From NCBI GenBank assembly GCA_964455675.1, contig CAYVYK010000006.1, forward strand, positions 80,356-113,627: a stretch of 33,272 bases of DNA, read 5' to 3'. The notes under the pieces are model-generated. The model searched no databases and had not been told where the DNA came from. It saw nothing but the letters and a program-made list of their open reading frames with translations. The stretch's first letter is position 1. Every line of letters begins with the position of its first letter. Origin of the DNA: an uncultured Methanosarcinales archaeon. GTDB lineage: Archaea; Nanobdellota; Nanobdellia; Woesearchaeales; CAYVYK01. Below, piece after piece: positions 1 through 9,737 of this stretch. The position numbers were made by a program, and so were the translations under genes.

Positions 1-1
1 C

Positions 2-130
2 CCTTGCCCGGACGTTTGAACCATCAAGAACCGCATTTGCGGTCACATCTATTTGCTGCGAATCTGCGGCAAGCACTTGCAGTGAACAGAGCACCACGAA
101 GAGCGCCACCGCGACTATCACCTTTTTCAT
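2..130 (-). CDS. Secreted protein, N-terminal fragment (runs off window edge)
   Basis: Manual translation MKKVIVAVALFVVLCSLQVLAADSQQIDVTANAVLDG...: typical signal peptide. GGAGGTGA RBS at 135-142 overlaps the stop of the upstream gene. Confidence 0.75.
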   Translation of the reverse strand, partial: MKKVIVAVALFVVLCSLQVLAADSQQIDVTANAVLDGSNVRAR

Positions 131-134
131 ACTC

Positions 135-1145
135 TCACCTCCGTCTAAGTACAAGAATAAAAATGATCAATAAGATTATGATTCCTGCAATCGCAACCCA
201 CAAGAGTGTCATGCTGATACCAAGCCTTGGAATGACGCCTGGAGTACTATCCTTAGGTTTCTTCGAATCCACATAGAACATTACATCCTCCATCCACTCC
301 TTGCAGGACTGCTGGACAGCAGGCGGAAGATCTGACCATGTCTTGTTCCCCTCAGGAATGCACTCCTTTGGAACAGAATTTACCGTCAGGATGACAGAAC
401 CGTTCTTGAGCTGATTGAGCACGAACTTGTTCGTCGATAGGAGCTTCTGGAGCTCCGCAAGCGCAGCATTAAGAGTCTCCTGATCACTGCTTTTCAGGTC
501 AGGCATGCAGAAATCATCCGTCAGAACCTTGTTATGCTTAATGTTGTTATAGCTTGAACCCACGACACAAAGGCTATTTTCCGCCTCAAGATCGTTCACG
601 TTAACATCACTGTTCGTGCTATTTGCAAGGAGCAAGCCTGTCGGGTCCTGGCGGACACCACTTGGCACAACCTTATTCTCGGCAATGATGACTTCCGAGC
701 TCGCATCGATCCTGATCCCGATGCCATCAATCTCGATCAATGTGTTTCGCAGCACACTTGCCTTGTTCGTGCGAACATGAATTCCGGTTTCCGCATTCTG
801 AATCGTATTTCCAAGTGTCTGGCTGTATTCCCCCTCAACGAAGATTCCAATGGGAAATCCCTTGACGAAGCAATCCTTCACGATACTCTCCCTGCCCTTC
901 ACAACAATTGCCTGGATAGGGGGGAATTCACCTGCGGGGATCAACCTGGAACCTTGGCAATCAAGAACGATACCGTCACTTGCAAGTACGATCGGATTAT
1001 CAAGAAAATAGGTATTTGGGCATAAGGTGAGACTTGTCCTCAGGTTCTCATCATCAGGCAGAGGAGAGCAAGGAACCGTCTCTCCGATTGCCGGCAAGGC
1101 ACACAGTACCATGACTGCCATCAGCAGGATAAGCTTCCTTAACAT
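135..1145 (-). CDS. Surface protein with right-handed beta-helix (NosD/pectin-lyase-like) domain, signal peptide and C-terminal TM anchor
   Basis: Signal peptide; LDCQG motif and repeated GI-x-V/I...N-x-I beta-helix coils; hydrophobic C-terminus ending RRR. Confidence 0.75.
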   Translation of the reverse strand: MLRKLILLMAVMVLCALPAIGETVPCSPLPDDENLRTSLTLCPNTYFLDNPIVLASDGIVLDCQGSRLIPAGEFPPIQAIVVKGRESIVKDCFVKGFPIGIFVEGEYSQTLGNTIQNAETGIHVRTNKASVLRNTLIEIDGIGIRIDASSEVIIAENKVVPSGVRQDPTGLLLANSTNSDVNVNDLEAENSLCVVGSSYNNIKHNKVLTDDFCMPDLKSSDQETLNAALAELQKLLSTNKFVLNQLKNGSVILTVNSVPKECIPEGNKTWSDLPPAVQQSCKEWMEDVMFYVDSKKPKDSTPGVIPRLGISMTLLWVAIAGIIILLIIFILVLRRR

Positions 1146-1192
1146 CCCAAAGGATACCAGAATTCGTACTATAAATACCTTTACGTTTTCTT

Positions 1193-1292
1193 NNNNNNNN
1201 NNNNNNNNNNNNNNNNNNNNNNNNNNNNNNNNNNNNNNNNNNNNNNNNNNNNNNNNNNNNNNNNNNNNNNNNNNNNNNNNNNNNNNNNNNNN
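1193..1292. other. Scaffold gap (100 N)
   Basis: Run of N; identical 13-mer TTTACGTTTTCTT on both flanks. Confidence 0.98.
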
Positions 1293-1358
1293 TTTACGTT
1301 TTCTTCATGGTCCTTGATATTGACAAGGTATATAAGGCGCTTTTGCTTCTTATATCAT

Positions 1359-2510
1359 ATGGCAGGTTCAATCCTGATCGCAGGAATCGATCCAGGAACG
1401 ACTCTTGCGTATGCACTCCTCGATACTGACGGGAACTTCATTGCACTCAAAAGCAGCAAGCACACGAGTATCGGAAAACTCATCTTTGAAATGCACCAGT
1501 ACGGCACGGTGCTCCTCGTTGGAACTGACAAGGCAAAAGTCCCTGGTCTCGTCGCCGCCGCGGCACACCGTCTCGGAGCCCGCGCTGTATCTCCGCGGGA
1601 AGACCTTAAAGTTGACGAAAAGCGCACGCTCGTACGGGGAATGAAAACGACCAACGCGCATGAATCGGATGCGCTTGCGTCAGCACTCTTCGCATATAAC
1701 CAATACCATGAAATCCTGAATCGGATTCGTGACCATCTGGACCGGGATGGGAAAAAGCCCTTATTTGCAAAGACCGCGAGCCTTGTAATAAAAAATGGTT
1801 TCTCAATCCACCATGCAGTGGAACTCCTTGAGCGACCTGATGAAAAAAGCACGATCATCGTCGAAAAAGCGCTGAATGAGCCTCAGAGGATGAGCAATGA
1901 TGATCTTCTCTATCTCTCGGAGCAACTGCTCTCCGCACAAAAAGACCTCAAGTGGCTCAAGCTACAGAACCGCCACCTCCAGCAGGAGCTCCTTATGCGT
2001 GGCCAGCGGGAAAAGAGGACACCAAAAGAAAAACCAGACTACAAAACCATGAGGATCCGCTTCCTCCGCAAAGAAACATCGGATCTTCAGGAAAAACTGC
2101 GACGGAAAGAGGAGGAATACACACTTTTTGCAGAACTGCTTGGGAAATACTCAGGATATCCGCTGGCAAAACGTCTGCACGATTTTAGCACAGAAGAATT
2201 CGAACGAAAAAACCGCGTACTGCATTTCCGACAGGGGGACATCATCTTTGTCGATAATCCAAACATCTTCAGTCTCCACATCCTTGACCGCGCACGATCA
2301 TTGTTTGACATCGTCCTTTATCGAGAACAACCTCACAAGAACATTCTTGAGCAGTCATCATTCCACTTTGTCGCGATCGACCGAGTGCTCGTGAAAGAAC
2401 TCAACGCCTATTTTGCCGTGATAGATCCCGAAAAAACGAGGGAGCAGGCGGGCTCATTTGACAGGCTTCAGTCATTGGTACGCGAGTACCAGAAACGTAT
2501 TACTCCTTAA
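1359..2510 (+). CDS. DUF460 family protein (RNase H-like N-terminus plus coiled coil)
   Basis: IAGIDPGTTLAYALLD, GTDKAKVP, EDLKVDEK and NAHESDALASA motifs; ATG 1359 follows TATA-like GGTATATAAG. Confidence 0.85.
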   Translation: MAGSILIAGIDPGTTLAYALLDTDGNFIALKSSKHTSIGKLIFEMHQYGTVLLVGTDKAKVPGLVAAAAHRLGARAVSPREDLKVDEKRTLVRGMKTTNAHESDALASALFAYNQYHEILNRIRDHLDRDGKKPLFAKTASLVIKNGFSIHHAVELLERPDEKSTIIVEKALNEPQRMSNDDLLYLSEQLLSAQKDLKWLKLQNRHLQQELLMRGQREKRTPKEKPDYKTMRIRFLRKETSDLQEKLRRKEEEYTLFAELLGKYSGYPLAKRLHDFSTEEFERKNRVLHFRQGDIIFVDNPNIFSLHILDRARSLFDIVLYREQPHKNILEQSSFHFVAIDRVLVKELNAYFAVIDPEKTREQAGSFDRLQSLVREYQKRITP

Positions 2511-2703
2511 CCTTAAACTCCGCATCAATGACTTTAGTCTTGTTCTTGAACTTCCTCTTCAGCCATTTATACCGCACATAAGTGATAAGAATACCCGCGA
2601 GCATTATAACAATCACGAGCAGTAAGCCCAGGATGAAGATGCCGCCGATGATTATCCAAAAGAGCAAGTACGCGAAGGCGAGCCACTTTAGGAGCGTCCA
2701 TCC
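2500..2703 (-). CDS. Small membrane protein, 5' end lost in gap
   Basis: Manual translation ...GWTLLKWLAFAYLLFWIIIGGIFILGLLLVIVIMLAGILITYVRYKWLKRKFKNKTKVIDAEFKVKE*: long hydrophobic stretch, basic tail, VIDAEF ending. This frame is absent from the ORF track. Confidence 0.65.
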   Translation of the reverse strand, partial: GWTLLKWLAFAYLLFWIIIGGIFILGLLLVIVIMLAGILITYVRYKWLKRKFKNKTKVIDAEFKVKE

Positions 2704-2803
2704 NNNNNNNNNNNNNNNNNNNNNNNNNNNNNNNNNNNNNNNNNNNNNNNNNNNNNNNNNNNNNNNNNNNNNNNNNNNNNNNNNNNNNNNNNNNNNNNNN
2801 NNN
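2704..2803. other. Scaffold gap (100 N)
   Basis: Run of N. Confidence 0.98.
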
Positions 2804-2804
2804 C

Positions 2805-3686
2805 CTAACGCACTTTCTTATATTGAGGACGTTCATAGGCGGTTTTTTCGTATGTCCTCCATTCCTTAATCTTTGACAACTCCGGTGGAATCGGCTCGGT
2901 GTATTCTCGGACTATCTTCAATTTCACCGCAGACTCGAAGAGTCTGCGATTCCTGCGCAGCAGTTCTTTGTTATCATAACCAAGAACAATTCCCTGCTCG
3001 TAGAGCTCAATGACCTGTTCTGGATCCGCGTTCGGCCGGATCTTATAGCCAAACTTCTGCTCGACCTTCCTCTTGAACGCTTTAAACCTCTCCGGATCCT
3101 GAAGCTTCTCCTTAACATATGACAAACGAGTATTGTTCGGATCCATATACGCAAGCACTCCTGCGTACAACTTCCTTCCGACGTCCGATTGAGTATCAAA
3201 AATGTGCTCCCCTGACTCTTCAGCAAGATAGATCAGTTGATTGATAAACTGCTCCCGACCAAATCTTTGATCGCCGAACACTAGCCTACTCTGTGTCTGC
3301 CAGAACATCGGGTCCTTCTTCGCCTTGTCAAGCCACTTCCTGACCTTTGATTTTGGCAATCCTTCATGCTTATAATGCTCAAGAACTGCAGTCCTGAAAA
3401 TGTCATCGGCAATCTTCTCTGCAACCTGGCGCTGTTCTGCATCGTCTTCGATGTCGCCAAGGCCTCGATGATCCTCAAAAATGTCCCAAAGCTTTTGCTG
3501 CAAGGTTTCCCTATTCACATTCTCCATAGCCTCCGCCGCACGCCGAGTTGCGGGATGTGCCAGGCGCACAAACTCGTCGTGTACCTCATCATCGAGGTGC
3601 TTGTTAAAATTATTATAATCAAGCTTTGGAACACGAAGGTACGCCTTGACAACGGACTTATGCCATTCCTGCGCAGATTGTGCCAT
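2805..3686 (-). CDS. Hypothetical soluble helical protein (293 aa)
   Basis: Long ORF with natural charged composition and upstream TTTTTATATAA TATA box; no family recognised. Confidence 0.8.
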   Translation of the reverse strand: MAQSAQEWHKSVVKAYLRVPKLDYNNFNKHLDDEVHDEFVRLAHPATRRAAEAMENVNRETLQQKLWDIFEDHRGLGDIEDDAEQRQVAEKIADDIFRTAVLEHYKHEGLPKSKVRKWLDKAKKDPMFWQTQSRLVFGDQRFGREQFINQLIYLAEESGEHIFDTQSDVGRKLYAGVLAYMDPNNTRLSYVKEKLQDPERFKAFKRKVEQKFGYKIRPNADPEQVIELYEQGIVLGYDNKELLRRNRRLFESAVKLKIVREYTEPIPPELSKIKEWRTYEKTAYERPQYKKVR

Positions 3687-3761
3687 AAAGAAACCCTCAG
3701 TGATTTGTTATATAAAAATGTTCAGTAGAACCAAGAATGTTCGGCGGTAATTCTGACCTTG

Positions 3762-3896
3762 CTACATCGCGTAGTAAAGCCCATCCTCCAAATACTCATC
3801 GAAATCAAAATATGCCGTTGTCTGCAAAAACTGGCTCGCGTTCTCAAGTCCTCGTGCAATACGATGGCTGCGTTCTTCCATTCGAGTATTATTCAT
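3762..3896 (-). CDS. Small hypothetical protein (44 aa)
   Basis: MNNTRMEERSHRIARGLENASQFLQTTAYFDFDEYLEDGLYYAM*; starts 5 nt after the dUTPase stop. Confidence 0.4.
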   Translation of the reverse strand: MNNTRMEERSHRIARGLENASQFLQTTAYFDFDEYLEDGLYYAM

Positions 3897-3901
3897 GTCT
3901 T

Positions 3902-4342
3902 TTACCCTCGAGTACCTGTACTTCCAAAACCGCCCGCTCCGCGAGTTGTCGCGTCAAGCTCCTCAACTTCTTGAAACGATGCCTCTTCGACTTGATTTAA
4001 CACCATCTGCGCGATCCGCATCCCAGCCGCGACCGTAAAATCCTTTACGCCATGATTCATCAGGATAACACCAATTTCCCCTCGGTAACCTGCGTCAATT
4101 GTACCTGGAGTGTTCAGCACGGTTATTCCTTCCTTCAGCGCAAGCCCGGACCTTGGCCTAATCTGGAGTTCGAATCCTTTTGGTATCGCAACCTGGATCC
4201 CTGTTTTGATGAGCGCTCGTTCACCACGTTTAATCACCGCAGGTTCCACGGCGTGAAGATCTACTCCCGCATCACCCTCATGCTCATACTTTGGAATAAC
4301 TGCTTCTGGATGGATGCGCTTAACTTTCACAGCTGTCGGCAT
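3902..4342 (-). CDS. dut: Trimeric dUTP diphosphatase
   Basis: All five dUTPase motifs: AGVDL, RSGLA, GTIDAGYRGE, RIAQ, RGAGGFGSTG. Start at MPTAVKVKR. Confidence 0.96.
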   Translation of the reverse strand: MPTAVKVKRIHPEAVIPKYEHEGDAGVDLHAVEPAVIKRGERALIKTGIQVAIPKGFELQIRPRSGLALKEGITVLNTPGTIDAGYRGEIGVILMNHGVKDFTVAAGMRIAQMVLNQVEEASFQEVEELDATTRGAGGFGSTGTRG

Positions 4343-4437
4343 CAATATGATAGTAATAGAACGTGTTATATAAATCTGCTCTTTACGCTGCATTCTACTC
4401 TCGGAAAAACGTCTATCTTCCGGAACGCAACACGTGG

Positions 4438-4941
4438 TTATTTGTCCGCTTTAAAATCCATGATTGATGTGAGGCGTTCCTCGATTACTTCAGACGTCTC
4501 TGCATCAACTTTTACGTTGAGTGTGCGTAGTGTATGCGTGATGAACGTAACGTTATACAAATCCTTGCCATGGAGATTCTGAAGGATTACAAAGAACTTC
4601 ATTGAGGGATGCTGAGGATACTTTGATTCTGCGAGTTTCTTTGCGACAATGATCGCATCAGCCAAGGGAATTTTAATCTTCTTCTCATTCAGCGGCTCAA
4701 GCTTTTTCTCAGGCTCGCGGAAAATCTCTGATTCCTCCTGTGATGTTATCTCCTCATCATTCATGATGAAGGTCGTTATTGTGTCAGTCGGATTGTAGAA
4801 ACCAAACTGCCATATGCCCTCATTATCCTTATCAACCATCTGGAATGCGTGCGCCCAGAAGGAATCGGGATTGCGTTTCCTCCAGGTCTTGAAGGAGGGC
4901 GCGCCTTGCAGTTTTTCCAATGCGTCAAGAACATCTACCAT
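4438..4941 (-). CDS. Hypothetical protein, possibly PepSY-like fold
   Basis: 167-aa ORF; WQFGFYNP and NVKVDAETSEVI resemble PepSY-like 'vDA.tGev' endings. Confidence 0.7.
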   Translation of the reverse strand: MVDVLDALEKLQGAPSFKTWRKRNPDSFWAHAFQMVDKDNEGIWQFGFYNPTDTITTFIMNDEEITSQEESEIFREPEKKLEPLNEKKIKIPLADAIIVAKKLAESKYPQHPSMKFFVILQNLHGKDLYNVTFITHTLRTLNVKVDAETSEVIEERLTSIMDFKADK

Positions 4942-4989
4942 TCTCTATTGTGTTGAACTGCGTTATAAAAACATTTGGATGCGTGCTGC

Positions 4990-5541
4990 TTAATCGGAAC
5001 TTCTCTGGCAAGTTCCGCACATCCAGACTGAGTCGTTCTCCGATAACGCGTCAGTGTACTCTCCGCATACCTGGCAGAACCCCTCGTTTGGACTTAGGCT
5101 ATGGATCGGCTTTCGGCGCTCTTCCCTCAACTCAAATTTCTCGACGAGCAGATCAAAAAGCTGAGGTTCAATCTTCAAGACGTCCTTTAACGTAAGAAGC
5201 CCGAGCATATTACCCTTGTCCATTACCGGCAGATGGCGTATATTCATGTCACGCATTGTGATGAGTGCCTCAAAAATATCCTTCTCAGGAGAGATCGTGA
5301 CCAGATTCTTTTCCATTACTTCCTGCAGAGTTACGGACTTTGGCGACTTACCTTCCGCGATCGCCTTTCGCACGATGTCTTGCTCGGTCACAAGCCCCAC
5401 AAGTTTTGTTCCCTTCTTGATAAGGATGGCGCCAACGTGCTGTTCCTTCATCACTTTCGCGCATTGTTGAATCGAATCGTCAGGAGTTAACGCAATTGGT
5501 TTTTCTGTCATTGCGTCGCAAACCTTGTAACCTGTCTTCAT
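4990..5541 (-). CDS. CBS-pair protein with C-terminal zinc ribbon
   Basis: Two CBS domains (VGLVTEQDIV, IRHLPVM, LGLLTLKDVL) followed by CQVC...CGTC. Confidence 0.92.
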   Translation of the reverse strand: MKTGYKVCDAMTEKPIALTPDDSIQQCAKVMKEQHVGAILIKKGTKLVGLVTEQDIVRKAIAEGKSPKSVTLQEVMEKNLVTISPEKDIFEALITMRDMNIRHLPVMDKGNMLGLLTLKDVLKIEPQLFDLLVEKFELREERRKPIHSLSPNEGFCQVCGEYTDALSENDSVWMCGTCQRSSD

Positions 5542-5698
5542 ACGAAGGAGGGGGCACTCTCGCTCTTATATAATTAATGTTTATAAAATATATAAAATCC
5601 GGAATATACATCCACTTACCGTCGATAGAGCATGAGACTACTTACTAGCGGAGAGTAAATTACATCTTTTCTTCATGCCAGAACATCATTCGCAGAAA

Positions 5699-5938
5699 TC
5701 ACTTTACCAGTTTCAGCGCTTTCTCGATAGCATCCTTGTCAAATCCAACAATGATCGTGCCATCGATATCCAACACGGGGACTCCCATCTGTCCACTCTT
5801 CTCGATCATTTCTTTCGCAGCATTGCGATCCATTCCCACATTAATATCCTGGAATTGCACACCCTTCTGTTTCAAGAAATCCTTCGCACGCACACACCAA
5901 GGGCATGTGGATGTGGAATAAACCTTTACGGTCGTCAT
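5699..5938 (-). CDS. Glutaredoxin (NrdH/YruB-like)
   Basis: VYSTSTCPWC, SGQMGVPV, IIVGFD motifs; GGAGG RBS. Confidence 0.95.
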   Translation of the reverse strand: MTTVKVYSTSTCPWCVRAKDFLKQKGVQFQDINVGMDRNAAKEMIEKSGQMGVPVLDIDGTIIVGFDKDAIEKALKLVK

Positions 5939-6201
5939 ATCAAACTACCTCCTTGAACATGAATAACATTTGGATTCTCTTATTGTCTACTCCATGCTCG
6001 GTTCAATACCCTATTTAAGTCTTTCTTTTGATATTAAAGCTTTCTCTCCAAGAACAGTGGAGGAGAAGATATGCTTGTCCCATATCTCCATGGTATTGAC
6101 ACATCTTGACGGTCAATGAACAGTTATGGTCGTCCTTCCCTAAACAGACCGATACGAAGATTTATATAGCATGCAGGGCAAAGGAGACTCGAGGTGACTC
6201 C

Positions 6202-6342
6202 ATGCTGTATAAGAAAGCAATCCTTCACCATGTATGGCTGTGGATCCTTGTCGCGTTCATCCTCGGGATCCTCTTGACTTACCTTGCAGCTCAAGGCGCA
6301 ATACCATTCCCATTCCCAATCTGTCCTGCCGCGGGCAAGTAA
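6202..6342 (+). CDS. Small single-pass membrane protein (46 aa)
   Basis: GAGGTGA RBS before ATG 6202 and TATA ATTTATATA upstream; one TM segment. Confidence 0.65.
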   Translation: MLYKKAILHHVWLWILVAFILGILLTYLAAQGAIPFPFPICPAAGK

Positions 6343-6346
6343 TCAA

Positions 6347-6847
6347 ATGCGTTCCATCATCGTCACAGGAACACCAGGCACTGGAAAAACCACTGTCGCA
6401 CGGTGGATATCAAAAAAGTATTCTCTTTTCTATGTAGATGTTCACCATCTCATCAAGAAGTCACGATGCTATGAGTCATACAGCCGCAAAGATAAGTGCT
6501 ACGAAGTCTCTGTACCAAAACTTGTGAACATCCTTCGAAACGTTATCGCTTCGCACTCTCGCGGGACAGTGATCGATTCGCATCTCTCACATTACTTGCC
6601 AAGTAATCTCGTAGATCTCTGTATCGTCACGAGAGCTCCGCTTCCTGTCATTCACAAGCGGCTCATAATTAGAAAATATTCAAAGAGCAAAATCCGTGAC
6701 AATCTCGATGCCGAAATATTTGAAGTATGTCTCACAGAAGCAGAGGAAAAGCGGCACTCTATCATCCAGATCGACACATCAAAACCTTGGCGTGAGCTGC
6801 TCGCAAAAGAATTGTCAAAACTACCGCTCAAAGCAAAAGTTTTATAG
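6347..6847 (+). CDS. Adenylate kinase, AK6/Fap7 archaeal type
   Basis: Walker A GTPGTGKTT; IDSHLSH; RKYSKSKIRDNLDAE. Confidence 0.92.
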   Translation: MRSIIVTGTPGTGKTTVARWISKKYSLFYVDVHHLIKKSRCYESYSRKDKCYEVSVPKLVNILRNVIASHSRGTVIDSHLSHYLPSNLVDLCIVTRAPLPVIHKRLIIRKYSKSKIRDNLDAEIFEVCLTEAEEKRHSIIQIDTSKPWRELLAKELSKLPLKAKVL

Positions 6848-6882
6848 GCCCTAAAAGACCATTATCAAAGTGGGAACCGCTG

Positions 6883-7428
6883 TTATGCGCCCTTGAACTT
6901 TTCCTTAACGGCTTTCTCGCTAATGATCGCAGAATTTCCCGAGGGATCCTCGATGATTATCTTGAGCTTATCCTGGCCCCACATCACGCGCTGGAGCTTC
7001 TTTAGCATATTCTTGGCCTTCTTGCGGACCTCCTCATCTTCCTCAGCATCGCGAGCCTGCTCGACTTCATGCGACACACGCTTCAGTATCCCTTCAACGT
7101 TTGTGATATACCCATTCGACGCGGGCCCTGGTGTAATCGTCGTGATGTGTGGAATCTTAATTGTGGCTTCGCTTGAGCGAACGATTCGAATACTCATGTC
7201 AGCTTCAGCAGAAACCTCTAGCGTGTATCTGCAAGGGTCGTGCTTGTCAACCGCCTCAAGATCTGTCTTGTAATAGCTGCAATCCTTGTTCTCACAATTC
7301 ATGGTGAACATGAACATTTTACCAAAGTATGGAACGTCAATCTCTCGCTCCATGAGGGTCAACGTATTCTTCTGACACATCGGACAGGGCTGACCACGCA
7401 GTTCCGAGGGGGCTTCATCATTTGGCAT
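6883..7428 (-). CDS. ZPR1 zinc-finger domain protein
   Basis: CPMC...VPYFG...CENKDC; GYITNVEGIL; IIEDPSGNSAI. Confidence 0.95.
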   Translation of the reverse strand: MPNDEAPSELRGQPCPMCQKNTLTLMEREIDVPYFGKMFMFTMNCENKDCSYYKTDLEAVDKHDPCRYTLEVSAEADMSIRIVRSSEATIKIPHITTITPGPASNGYITNVEGILKRVSHEVEQARDAEEDEEVRKKAKNMLKKLQRVMWGQDKLKIIIEDPSGNSAIISEKAVKEKFKGA

Positions 7429-7533
7429 GGGAGAAACAATTCAGTACGCTCTTAAATAGTTTTTCATTCAAGCGCCACATAGATGGCATACGGACCAATT
7501 ACCATTGTGCACCTAAGTCTGTTCCGTACTATC

Positions 7534-8715
7534 CTATTCAATGCTCCTCTCAGAAAGGAGTCCGCGATGCAACTTCGCAATGTCCTCAATACTCTCTGAA
7601 TCAATACCTGTTGAAGAAATTTCGAGAAGGTATCTCCCCTCCGTCAGAATGGCAATCTCGCGATCTTGGATGCTGATATAATAGGTTCCTCCTACTTCAC
7701 GCACAACCGGATCGTGATTTGATACAAGATACGCAAGGATCCGAGTTTCTCGACGAGCGGCATCAATTGCGGATGCCTCATCAGCGAACTCTCGAACGGT
7801 GAGGCTGATCGACGCATTGTCCGATTCCCACGTCTTTCCATAGTACGGCCGTACGCGAACCTCTGCAAGATAATCATACACGGACTCATTAAAGAGGAGC
7901 GCCATAATCACTTTTTTTGTCATATTACCCGCTGCGTAGTACTCCAAAACGCTCTCCTCTTCACCAGGAGCCAGCTCAAATTGTGCGGCAAATTCATCCG
8001 TCATCAAAAGCACTTCCAATTCCTCCATGTGGTAGGGGTCCTCTCCTGCGACAACATCGACGAGCGTGGGCGTGACAAATGTCTCGATTGCCGCGGCGAT
8101 GAACAAGAAAGGCACAACGATCACGACAAACAAGATCAGAGCTCGCTTGATGACCTCCAACCTTGTGTATTCCGCACAATACCTTCGACCGAGCCATAAT
8201 TTCAACCCAATAATCAGTCCGAGTGCCGCAGCAAATAGGATCGCCGGGATCTCGAAAATGCCGTGCGGAACAACACCGACGATAATTGTGAGCCACCCAT
8301 TATTCTGCAGGGGAACAATATGACCTGCGAGCGAAAACACAATTCCAAGCATAGCACCGTTCGAGAGCAAAACTAGAAGTGTTAAGAAAATGGTTACACC
8401 AGCGCCAAGGGATAGAAGGCCTACAAGGAGGTTGTTGTAGAAAATCCTCCAGAACAGTAGCCCCTGATGAGACGTCATGATTTCCTCAATCTTATCAGCG
8501 AGCTCCTCCATGATCTGCATTTTCATTTCGAGAGTTGATGCAACCCCGACCATGATCGCGAGAAAGAAGAAAAATGCAACAAAGTACAAAACAAAACGAT
8601 GGGCTGAGAGGAATTCTGAGAGGAATGAATAGTACTTACTCCTCCGCTCCACGTTCTTTTGGATTCTTCTGTGAAATGCGGCTTTTCTCTTCGTCTGTAC
8701 TCTGCTCTGCACCAT
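7534..8715 (-). CDS. SpoIIM/DUF95 membrane protein with extra C-terminal soluble domain
   Basis: IFYNN, NG, PHGIFEIPA and AAAIETFVT motifs, followed by about 170 hydrophilic residues. Confidence 0.88.
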   Translation of the reverse strand: MVQSRVQTKRKAAFHRRIQKNVERRSKYYSFLSEFLSAHRFVLYFVAFFFFLAIMVGVASTLEMKMQIMEELADKIEEIMTSHQGLLFWRIFYNNLLVGLLSLGAGVTIFLTLLVLLSNGAMLGIVFSLAGHIVPLQNNGWLTIIVGVVPHGIFEIPAILFAAALGLIIGLKLWLGRRYCAEYTRLEVIKRALILFVVIVVPFLFIAAAIETFVTPTLVDVVAGEDPYHMEELEVLLMTDEFAAQFELAPGEEESVLEYYAAGNMTKKVIMALLFNESVYDYLAEVRVRPYYGKTWESDNASISLTVREFADEASAIDAARRETRILAYLVSNHDPVVREVGGTYYISIQDREIAILTEGRYLLEISSTGIDSESIEDIAKLHRGLLSERSIE

Positions 8716-8768
8716 CCATGTCTTGAACCTGCGTGGTTTTATAAAGTTACGTTCTTCACTTCTGCACT

Positions 8769-9737
8769 ATGTACGAATACGATCGCGAGATTCCTCGGCT
8801 TGTCACACATGGACTATCGAGAGTGCAATTTCTGTCTCGCGGACGTCGAGGAATCGTTTTTAGGGGACGGTACAATGATAGAGACGTTGCTGTGAAAATA
8901 CAGAATCCTACGAGTCATGCGCATCACCGGATCGAACATGAGGCGTTGATGCTTGGAAAACTTAACAAGCACGGAATTGGGCCAAAGCTTTACGCAGCAC
9001 CGGACGGTATACTCATCATGGAGTTCATATCCAAACAAACCCTTGAGGAGTGGATGCAGCGAGTGAGCGTCACTCGCGTCAGGAACGTCCTTATCGAAGT
9101 GATGCATCAATGCTTTATTATGGACCGGATGCGGATACAAAAGGAAGAAATGCATCATCCGCACAAGCACATCCTCATGAGAAAGGACAGGCCCGTACTC
9201 ATCGATTTCGAGCGAGCCCGGAGTACGGATAAACCGCATAATGTCACACAGTTCTTCCAATACATGCGAAACTCTCGACTTACTCACATTCTACAGACTC
9301 GCGGTGTGGTCCTTGATGAAAAACGCGTCCTTAATCTCATGAAGTATTACACAAGCGAAGGTCCAACACCAGCGACGTACAGCGTGCTAAGAGAATTCCT
9401 GGTCCGCGAATGTGCTGTGTACCCCAAATTTTACCATGAGGTGTGGCGGCTCGCGTCACAAATACCCCTCGGAAAAGTTAGCACATACAAACTCATCGGA
9501 GAAGCTCTTGGAACTCGCGGGTATCGAGCCATTGGCCAAGCGCTCCGGAGGAATCCTTTTTCACCCGATGTTCCTTGCCATCGCGTTATCAACAGCGATG
9601 GGACTGTCGGAGGATACGGTGGGAAGAAGTCATCGCTTGAGAAAATCAGGGTGCTCGAAGGGGAAGGAATTACAGTTACCAGCAAAGGAGTTGATCTGTC
9701 AAAGTACGGCTATCGGTTTGAGCCATACTCCCACTGA
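8769..9737 (+). CDS. Fusion of atypical Ser/Thr kinase (RIO/Bud32-like) and MGMT/Ogt alkyltransferase domain
   Basis: Kinase: GRRGIV, VAVK, HE, LIMEFI, LIDFER. MGMT: IPLGKVSTY, RAIGQAL, NP, VPCHRVI, GGYGG. Confidence 0.88.
   Translation: MYEYDREIPRLVTHGLSRVQFLSRGRRGIVFRGRYNDRDVAVKIQNPTSHAHHRIEHEALMLGKLNKHGIGPKLYAAPDGILIMEFISKQTLEEWMQRVSVTRVRNVLIEVMHQCFIMDRMRIQKEEMHHPHKHILMRKDRPVLIDFERARSTDKPHNVTQFFQYMRNSRLTHILQTRGVVLDEKRVLNLMKYYTSEGPTPATYSVLREFLVRECAVYPKFYHEVWRLASQIPLGKVSTYKLIGEALGTRGYRAIGQALRRNPFSPDVPCHRVINSDGTVGGYGGKKSSLEKIRVLEGEGITVTSKGVDLSKYGYRFEPYSH

Noticed and set aside
1180..1305. 13-bp direct repeat TTTACGTTTTCTT flanking the N gap, resembling a target-site duplication
   Set aside because: Most simply a contig-end overlap across an artificial 100-N spacer; no mobile element sequence is visible.
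2567..2869. ORF-track calls spanning the second gap (2567-2836 and 2582-2869)
   Set aside because: Artefacts of translating through N; the credible frame is the minus-strand membrane protein ending at 2500.
6042..6090. Two adjacent short hairpins in the glutaredoxin/small-ORF intergenic region
   Set aside because: Stems are only 7-9 bp with no recognisable ncRNA or riboswitch motif; could be chance.
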